Both the position numbers and the translations under genes were made by a program. Below, one piece after another: positions 36,301 through 44,897 of a DNA stretch of 44,897 nucleotides. Location of the stretch: NCBI GenBank assembly GCA_020536535.1, contig JAHLWZ010000218.1, positions 1 through 44,897 of the forward strand, read 5' to 3'. This stretch comes from Pelomyxa schiedti. Its lineage: Eukaryota; Protista; Evosea. The notes under the pieces are model-generated. The model was not told the DNA's origin and ran no database searches. It worked only from the letters and a program-made list of their open reading frames with translations. Each line of letters begins with the position of its first letter. Position 1 is the stretch's first letter.

Positions 36301-39300
36301 GGTGCTAGATAGGTGTTAGCAATGAAAGATGATGCTAAATTCTATCTCATACAGTCATACTCAAGCTCGGTGCCAGAGTATGCAAACCCAGGAAGGGAAA
36401 CAGTGATATTCCACCCCTTTCCTGTGCCGGGTGGGGCAATGCAAGTGATTTGAGAATGACCCACTGTAACCGAAGCATTTACACAAATAGTTCCATTCAC
36501 AGTAACATTGACTGGAGTTCCAATTGGACCAAAGTTTTGGCCAATGATAAGAATTGCAGAGCTAGTGGCACAAGCGGTATTACGGACCATACTAACATGA
36601 GGACCTGAAATACTGTCATTTTGGGGGAAGTTCTTGTAGAAGTTACCTGAATAAGAAAAACCAGTAAAGCTTGTTGTGTAGTTGATTTTGTTGGCATAAA
36701 CTGTGAGCAAAACGTTCTTGTTCGACCCAAAGCCAGCGGGTGGGTAACAACAAACTTGGGTATGAGGAAAACGTAGTGCAGGATGCGTGCATAACTGCCC
36801 GCCAACACTAACAGACAGGGTTGTACCCCAACTTCCAAAGTTATCTCCATCGATACACATCAGGGTGCTACCATCTGTGTCAGCACTGCTGACTGAGGAA
36901 ATTACGGGACCTATGAGAACACGTTACAATGTAGTAAAAGGGGAAAGGGGTGTACCTAGGTAAGTCAAGGTAGCTTGATTAGTTATTTGTTGTGAAATTT
37001 TGACACTGAGAGTATGCCCAGTCCCTGTCCCACTGGGTATTGTACAGGCTACAGTGGTACTACTTATCCAGGAGCCTTGTAGCCAGATGCCATTATCCGT
37101 CGAGCACAAAACCGCAACAGTATTCACGGGCCCAAAGTGTGTGCCCTGGATCAGTGAGAAATGATTGAAAGTGTCTTTGGAGGTAAGTACTGTTATTATA
37201 TGCCAGTTGCTGCCCGTTGTAGAAACAGAAGGCACATTGGTTATAGAGGCACCTTTATCGAAAATATTGGAAAATGGAGTAGTGTGCATGGTCTTACCAG
37301 TGTAGTTGAATATGTTTGTACTTACAAGTTGTGTGTTACTGGTGGCAGGTATGCGAACCTCAACCAATCTCATCAGACCTGTTGATCGTTAAGTGTAAGG
37401 ACTTGGAAAGGCTTCAAACCTGCTCCAGGGGGTGCAATGCACGTTATCTTGGAGTTAGCAAGGGATACATTAGCATTTGAGCACAGCCGTCCATCAATGT
37501 AAACACTGACATTCGTAAAGTAAGGGCCAAAATTTTGCCCTGAAATTACAGTAGATGTGGATTCGACAGCAGGGAGAGCAGAAGTGATAACTGGTTCTAC
37601 AAGAAATTAGGTTTTGATTATAGTGTCACTCGATAACTGTTGTATGAGAAAATTGGCCCACAAGCCACTTGACCATCGGGATTGTTAGGGACAGTGACAC
37701 AGAGAGTAAGTGACTTGCCAGATCCTGCTGGTGCTGTGCAGGTAATTCTGGTGTGATTAACTGAAACGCGGGCACCACCACATGTGGAACCAGCAATGGT
37801 TACACCCACGTCTGAGGTGGAAAGTCCGAAATTAGTCCCTGTGACAGTAATGGTTGTTCCACCATTGGTGTCACATGAAGTAGAATTCACAACAGTAGGA
37901 GCTGCAGAAAGTTAACCCGAGAAAAAAAAAAAGAAAAATCATCAACCTGCATAGGACATATTTGCAGTAATACTCGGTACAGAAATGGTTGGAAACTGAA
38001 TGATTACCCGATTATTCTTCCCAGACCCCGGCGGTGGTGTGCAGGTGATCTCTTCATTTTGTTTTGTAACTCTGGCTTGCTTGCAATTGATTCCATTCAC
38101 AGTAACGGAAACAGAGACATTCCCAAAGTTAATGCCCTTAATAACCAGAGGTGTCAGCCCATCAGTGGGGGGTGTGGAAGAAGATATAATTAAAGGAGCT
38201 GGCCAAAGGGACTGAGAATAGTAAATTGAGAAAAAGAAATATACCATTAATATAGGAGAAAGTAGTAGTAGTATTTTGTAGATTGCCATCTGGAACCACG
38301 ATAACCAGTGGAAGATTTCCACCAACTCCCGGAGGTGGGGTAAATGTGATTTGGGTATGATTCTGTGATACAACCGCAGAGCTACTTCTTACTCCGGCTA
38401 AGTACACAGCAACTGGAGTATTAGAAAATCCAAAGTTGTTTCCATAAATAGTTGCCTGACCACTCCCGAATTGTTGGACAGTGTATGCAGAGGGGCCTAT
38501 CGGTGGTTAACCAATAAAGAGAGGAAAGAAATCAAACCGTTGAATATAAATGGAGAAAAGGTTGTTGTCTGTGGTGTTGGCAGTGATACAGTGACTTTAA
38601 CTTGCTGATTAATACCAACACCACTGGGCTGGCATGCAATTTGAGTGTGCCCGATAATAACTTGCGCTTGGAGGCACGGCCGATTATCAACAGTTACAGA
38701 TACGCTGGTTCCAATAGGACCAAAGTTGTTTCCAGTAATGTATGTCAGCGTTAAGCCATTGGTATCAGCTGTTGTCACAGATGAGATAAGTGGAGCTATG
38801 GAAGATGTTAAAGGCCGTCATTAAGTTGTAGTACAACCTGGAGGAGAAAAAGGGAATGCGGAAGTAGCCTGGCCCCCAACAACTACCACAAGCTGGTGAG
38901 TACCAGTGAATGGAATCAATGAAACCTGCGCAACACTAGAATTGACCCAAGATGATGGACTGGGGTTTCCATCAACAAGAACGGATAAGGAAACTAAGCT
39001 TGAGAGTCCCAATTGTGTACCCTGTTTGCTCTCAGGAGAAATAGAGTATGAGGAATAACGAACCGCGATCCAGCAAGGAGCGCAGCCGGCTGTAGTCAAC
39101 CCGGAAAGAGAGATAATTGTTGGTTCTAAAGAGCTGTGAAAGCTAGACAAGTAAAATTGAGATTTACTTTGATAAGAAAATGTACTGCTGCAGTCAGAAA
39201 AGATGCAGACACTTACATTCGCTCCAGCACCAGAAGGAGCTGTACACTGAATATATGTTTGGTACGCCTGTGCGTTCATGCAAGGTTTTCCTCCAATTGT

Positions 39301-41573
39301 CACATTTAATATTGTTCCAGCTGGCCCAAAGTTACTTCCAAAGAGAGTGACAGCACCCCCCTCATTTGTGGGAACGGGGTAATTGTAAGAAACACTCGGG
39401 GCTTTTCAAGGAAATTAGAGAGAAAAAAAAATGAAGGGGAGTACGTTTATATGAGAAAACTGAAGCGTTTCCAGTTTGACTGTAACCTCCAGAGGCAGGA
39501 ATAGAGACTTGGACAAGGAGGTTTTTTCCAAAGCCAGCAGGTGTTGTGCATGTAATTGTAGTACTATTCAATATACGAGGACTGGTACAAGAGCTGCTAG
39601 CAATTTTTACAGTAACATCAGTAGATGCTACCCCAAAGCGAGAGCCCATTATCGTAGTCAAATCGCCAAGAGTTGTTGTTGGGGAAGCACTGGTTATAAT
39701 AGGGGCTGTAAAAAGAGTAAAAATCATGTGACAAACATCTTTCAATAAAAAATGCAACCTGGGTAGTCAAAATAAAATGTGCCGATTTGATTTGTGGACG
39801 TTGCAGGAACTGCCACAGCTAGAGTCCTCTGCCGTCCTACAGCATTTGCTGGTGGTTGGCACCTGATTTCTGTATGCGCAACAGAAACATAAGCAGAGGT
39901 ACAAGCAGGGGTGCCGATATGCACAGAAACATCAGTAGACCCAAGAGGACCAAAGTTATTCCCAGTAATAATGACTGTCTCCACCCCCCCTACTACAGTG
40001 AACACAGCACTGGTAATTCTTGGAGCTAATATGTGAATCAGTACAGTTCGAATGAAGAGAACTAGTACGGTGATAGGTGAAAAGGTTGGATGCCCCCAGA
40101 TTAGTACTGCCAGCAGGAATCCAGACCTTAACTTCAAGGTTTTCCCCTATACCCTCTGGTGCAGTGCAAGTGATATTGTAGTGGGAAATAGAAATCACAG
40201 CATTAGTACAAGGCTTTCCTCCAATTGTTACAGAAAGAGAAACACCCACAGGCCCAAAACTTATTCCATTGATTATTGTGGTTGATTTGCCGTCAGTATC
40301 CGCTCCAGTTACAAAAGAAGGGATAGGTGCTGGGTGTATGTTAAGGAATACAGTTTTAGGTGCTCTGCGACCTGTATAGGTGAACTGAGCAGTGTTACTT
40401 ATCACTCCCCTGCAAGAAACCGTAACTGGGTATCCAATTCCAGGAACTCCAGCCTATATTTCCCTAAGGGATGAATTGTAAAGAAGCCACATACAGGGAC
40501 ATAAGCGGTAATTGTGGTGGAACTCCACCCGTAAATTGAGCTCACATAACCTCCAACAACTACTTGAGAACATGGACTTAGCCATTGCCCCACAAGAGTG
40601 AAAAACCCTCCATAACTTGGAGCCTGGCCCGCAGAGGAAATGCTGGTTGCTTTTGTCGTTAGTTTTCAGGGAATCGAAGCGGGTGAAGTACTGCAGACGC
40701 CAGATTCACAGAGCGCTGCGGAGCCCTGAGGAACAAAGGAATAGTATACAGCTGGTACATCCGAAAAGGAGGATTCATCAATTCCCCTCCATTGAAGCTG
40801 GAAATAGGCTGTACTGATTGCATTCGTAACTACAGCAGCCCTCATGGTGAATGGATAGTATATGTAGGGGCTCAATGTGAAAGCAGGTAAGGACTGCATT
40901 GCATCAAACATAGTTGGAGTTCGCTGGTACTTCCCTAGCATAGCTTACAAAACGGAAAATAAAAAAAAAAATAAAAATAAAAATACACGTCGTGGTCAGA
41001 GAGCAAATGGTGGTATTTGGCAAAGTGAAACAGATTTCAAACTCCCCTGTCTCAGAGTTCTGATATACCGCTCTGAATTCTTTCACTAGTGGTCCTGACG
41101 AACTTGGCAACTAAAATAGTTGTCATACAATAAACCAGCTGGAATGGGCCACACACTTTGATTCCTCCCGCATGGCACACACACATGTCCAAAATAGGCT
41201 TGGAAACGTTAATGTGTGTTGTCCAAGGTGCAGTATAGCATCTTTGGTTTCATTAGTATTTAACCTTTCCTAAAGACATACAAACCAAAAAAACCAAAAA
41301 ATCAAAAAACCAAACTCCAACTTAAAAAAAAAGTTGATACCCCGGAACCGGCCCATAAGTACACTGGTCTACGGAAGCAAACCACCGTGACTGTTCAATT
41401 GTCTGTGAGTACGTCGCGCAGGCCGACGCGTCTGCCCCTGGCCACACTGCGGCTGCGACGAATACCGTCGCAATCACAAAAAGCCCGACAACGTGGTCAG
41501 CTCCCATAACTCGTGGACGGCAGCCGCCCCGCCGTAGCGTTTGGGTGTGTGGAACTGGCATCGCCCTCTCCAT
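27382..41573 (-). CDS. Giant single-pass receptor kinase: signal peptide, PA14-like domain, ~35 IPT/TIG repeats, Ig-like domain, TM, TKL-type kinase
   Basis: Repeating P-x-I/V...T-x-GG...I-x-G-x-NFG...V-x-I-x-G-x-x-C...I-x-C-x-x-P-x-G-x-G...FSY units. TM VAIAVPISVGSALLLACLAAGLLLAL. Kinase motifs KLDPDEL..GEG, VAIK, HRDLKPDN, DFG, GTPTFMAPE. Confidence 0.88.
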
Positions 41574-41793
41574 CTGTACAAAGCAGAGACAAATATTCAC
41601 AGAAGGGGGCGGCGAACAGGACACAAAATTGTGCTGTGTGGGTGTGTTACTAGCACTACGCGTACTGGTGGTTTATTATTTTTGTACTCGCCTATCTCAG
41701 AAAAGAAGCGTCGGCTCTTCGACGAAGCACTCGAACGTTGATTGTTACGCACGTCCAAATTGTTTTGAAGAAACAGCACCTTGAAAAAAGTAG

Positions 41794-41865
41794 TGGCCCC
41801 GCTCAGAATCGAACTGAGATCAAGAGAGCCAAAATCTCCCATACTAACCATTATACTACGGAGCC
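41794..41865 (-). tRNA. trnQ-UUG: tRNA-Gln(UUG)
   Basis: Reverse complement is identical to 22227-22298. Confidence 0.93.
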
Positions 41866-42008
41866 TTATAAACAAGGAAAATCCTCGAAGACCAATGTTA
41901 TTCACAAGCAATCTTCTTGAACGCCCATGAATCGTCAGATTATTCCATAATTTGGCTAATCCCTCAGCTCCGAGTGCCGTAACGTTTTCTGAGTTCAGGT
42001 TGTAACTT

Positions 42009-42098
42009 GCTCTGGTAGCTCAGTTGGTTAGAGCGCGGTACTTATAAGAACAGTATTGAGTCATGCTGAGGTCGTGGGTTCGATCCCCACCCGGAGCA
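42009..42098 (+). tRNA. trnI-UAU: tRNA-Ile(UAU) with a 16-nt intron
   Basis: Same as 22045-22134 except one intron substitution (AGAACAG vs AGAATAG). TTTTT terminator follows. Confidence 0.95.
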
Positions 42099-42164
42099 CT
42101 CTTTTTCCTCAGCAAGATATGTACAACGTTCTGTTTCCTGTTTTTGCCACTCCATGTGCAATGT

Positions 42165-42264
42165 NNNNNNNNNNNNNNNNNNNNNNNNNNNNNNNNNNNN
42201 NNNNNNNNNNNNNNNNNNNNNNNNNNNNNNNNNNNNNNNNNNNNNNNNNNNNNNNNNNNNNNNN
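42165..42264. other. Assembly gap (100 N)
   Basis: Run of exactly 100 N. Confidence 1.
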
Positions 42265-43048
42265 GAAGGAGATGAGGACTCAGATCAATATTGTAGAATC
42301 TATTTTCTTTCTCTGAAACTATAAAGTCATCTCCGGGAGAAACAATCTAAGAATCATCAGAAAATGCGGCCTTCCAGTACAATAAACTTACCTTTACGTC
42401 ACTGAGGTAGTCTGTGTGACCTTGCTTGATAGTAAAACGGTCATCACTGGCACCAACAGCAAAAATTTCTTCCTCTAAAAAATTAAAGTCAAAAAAGAAC
42501 TATGTCATAGAGTTTCCGCACTAGAATGATCTGTGGACTGTTCCTTTAACAGGTCTCTAAACTGATAAAGTGAGTAGGTGGCCAATTCAGAGCCGTAATA
42601 AGAATTTGTATCCAAGTGTATCACAGAAAGGCCTACACGTGCCAATGCCCTGTACGCATACAAATCATTAATACTATTTTTGCGCCGATAGATTATCTTC
42701 ACTCACGCGGCCAGCACACTCTCAGCGAGGCTGGTCCCCACGATTGCTACGTCGTAATCTCTGACGTCAAGATCGTCAACCATCCTGGTTCCGCAAAGTC
42801 CCCCAGGAACCTCTGCACAAGCAACCCACACATAGCACACGCAAGTTACATCAAGTATCAACACCACACGACAGCAACAAGCCAGTTCCAACCCCACACA
42901 AACCGCAATATGTTATCTTATAATTATGGCACGCAGAAGGTACAATGCACTCACTTGGCACCTCAGCAGGGCTTTTACTCTCAGTCGTAGTGGTCGTCGT
43001 GGCACCATCAACTGCCCCCGTACTCGACACGCCCTCGACTGATGACAT
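42265..43048 (-). CDS. CHM: Partial (5') second copy of the Rab escort protein gene
   Basis: Near-identical to 15812-16594. Truncated by the gap. Confidence 0.82.
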
Positions 43049-43316
43049 TTTTTCTGCAGATTGATACTCTCTGTCTCCTGGTCCAAGTGCAAGTCAAAAT
43101 CCGACTCAACTCCCCCAACTGAGTTCAGGCGCCGTGTTTGGATCCTTGTGCCTCGTCATGAAGGACCAGTCCTCACCCTATGAACCGGCCTGGTTCTTTG
43201 AAACCGAATTCAAGGTCGCTGGTGTTCTCGATTGCTTTTTTTCCCGAACCCACGTAAGAAACAAAAAAAAATACCAACACAAACCGACAGTACTACGACA
43301 GTGTAATATCAGAGGG

Positions 43317-44897
43317 ATGGAGTTTGGGAGTCAGTTTTTCTACGCGTCTAGTAGCGGGGAGCAAGAGTACGACGAGTTCGAGGAGGACGATGAGCCCGCG
43401 GCGCCAGCGGCTACGGCCACCGCCGCGGCGTCGTCGGGGGGAGCCTACGTGCCCCCGATGGCGATCCCCAGCGCCAGCTGGTCCGTGGGCGAGGAGATCA
43501 AGATCGTAATTATGGGAGGGGGCGGCGTGGGAAAGAGCGCCCTGACAATTCAGTACATCCAGAACCACTTCATTGGTGCGTGCCTGTTATTGCATTTTCT
43601 GAAAAAAAAAGCAAATTTGTTCGTTGTTTGGTTTTGTTGCAGTGATGGACATTTTTGATTGTTCCCGTTTTTGGGATAGATTATAATTGGTAGTTTTCCT
43701 CTTTCTGAGTGTTATAACCTTTTTCTACAGATGAATATGGTGAGTATCTGGGTGTTTATTTTTATGCCAGGAATTGCTAATTTTATGAAGACCCAACTAT
43801 TGAGGACAGCTATCGAAAGCAAGTCGTTATTGATGACCATACTTCACTACTGGATATCCTTGATACAGGTATATTACTACATTATCTACTTGATTATGTA
43901 ATTCTTCCCGCAGCTGGGCAAGAAGAATACAGTGCAATGAGAGACCAGTACATGAGAACTGGCCAGGGTATTTGCATCTTTCCCCTCACACAAGCGTTAA
44001 CCTCTCATTGCAGGTTTCTTGGTTGTTTATTCAATCACATCCCGGTCATCCTTTGAGGAAATAGTCAGTATGAGGGAGCAAGTTCTGCGAGTGAAAGATA
44101 TAGATAGGGTACCAATGGTTCTTGTTGCCAATAAGTATGAATTTCATCCACCCTTTCAAGTTGACCACACTCTAGGAATGACCTTGAGGCAGAACGGCGA
44201 GTAGCAACAGGTGAAGGAGCGGAACTTGCGCGCTCCTGGGGAATTCCGTTCCTTGAGACCTCTGCTAAAACTAGACTCAATGTTGACGCTGCCTTTGCTC
44301 AAATTGTACCTTCGACATAAGCTGCAGTTATTTAACTAACGCATGCAAGGTAAGGGAAGTGCGACATTCTCTAGCACCTACTCCAAAGCCAAAACCAAAA
44401 AGAGGATTCTTCGCGGCGGTGAGTGGCACTTATATTCTGCCTAAACCTCACCAATTCTATGTAGTTATTAGGCAGTTCGTCCTCAGCAACCACTAGCACA
44501 CCCACTGCTACTGCCACACCTAAGAGGAAAAAACCAAAAATGCGTAGGGCCGCTGTCTCCAGTACCAATGTGGTCCTCTTGAGTTTTGGAGACCTTGCAG
44601 ATCCTGCTGCATTGATGACTGGTAGGTCAATAAGTAAATTAAACCTCTTGGGAGCTTAGAAATCTTTAGGTGAACCGTTTATGTGTAAAAACTGTTGTGG
44701 CTTCATGACTTCAACAAGTAAACTCATAAATTCTGGAAAAGGTATGGCACTTCTCTTAGTTGAAGAAACCAACATACTCTTTAGCAATTACTGGATGGAA
44801 GTGTCAATTTTGTTTAACTGACAATTCGGCTACTGTGGACCCTGATGAGGTTCCTAAAGCTGACACCGTTGACTACATTTTGGCCCCACCTCCTGCG
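43317..44897 (+). CDS. Partial (Ras + zinc finger) second copy of the Ras-ZnF-vWA gene
   Basis: Near-identical to 16851-18406. Truncated by the window end. Confidence 0.85.

Noticed and set aside
29760-40400. Regularly spaced GGxCCAAAGTT-like motif resembling a CRISPR or DNA repeat array
   Set aside because: It is the reverse-strand coding of the conserved NFGP motif of TIG domains, degenerate at third codon positions.
27382-41573. Stop-codon reassignment to explain the fragmented ORFs
   Set aside because: The in-frame stops checked fall inside canonical GT-AG introns, and genes end in TAA, TAG and TGA.

Overview
This is a gene-dense eukaryotic scaffold with many short (~40-55 nt) GT-AG introns. 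Gene content suggests a free-living archamoeba such as Pelomyxa (inference from an Entamoeba-type transmembrane kinase, expanded ankyrin/Sel1 families and T/S-rich low-complexity tracts). Genes reconstructed by manual splicing, left to right: Sel1-repeat/PINK1-like kinase (-), atypical small GTPase (+), intronless orphan (+), ankyrin-repeat protein (-), MAF1 (-), SSRP1 (-), Rab escort protein (-), Ras-ZnF-vWA fusion (+), type II membrane protein (+), divergent tRNA-Ile/tRNA-Gln pair, a second N-acylated small GTPase largely missed by the ORF track (-), PABPN1 (-), EMC2 (+), divergent actin (+), a 14 kb receptor kinase with ~35 IPT/TIG repeats (-), and a second, inverted tRNA-Gln/Ile pair. The two contigs outside the 100-N gaps (1-1631, 42265-44897) are near-identical copies of parts of 15812-20323, probably an alternative haplotype. 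All exon structures are manual predictions without transcript evidence.
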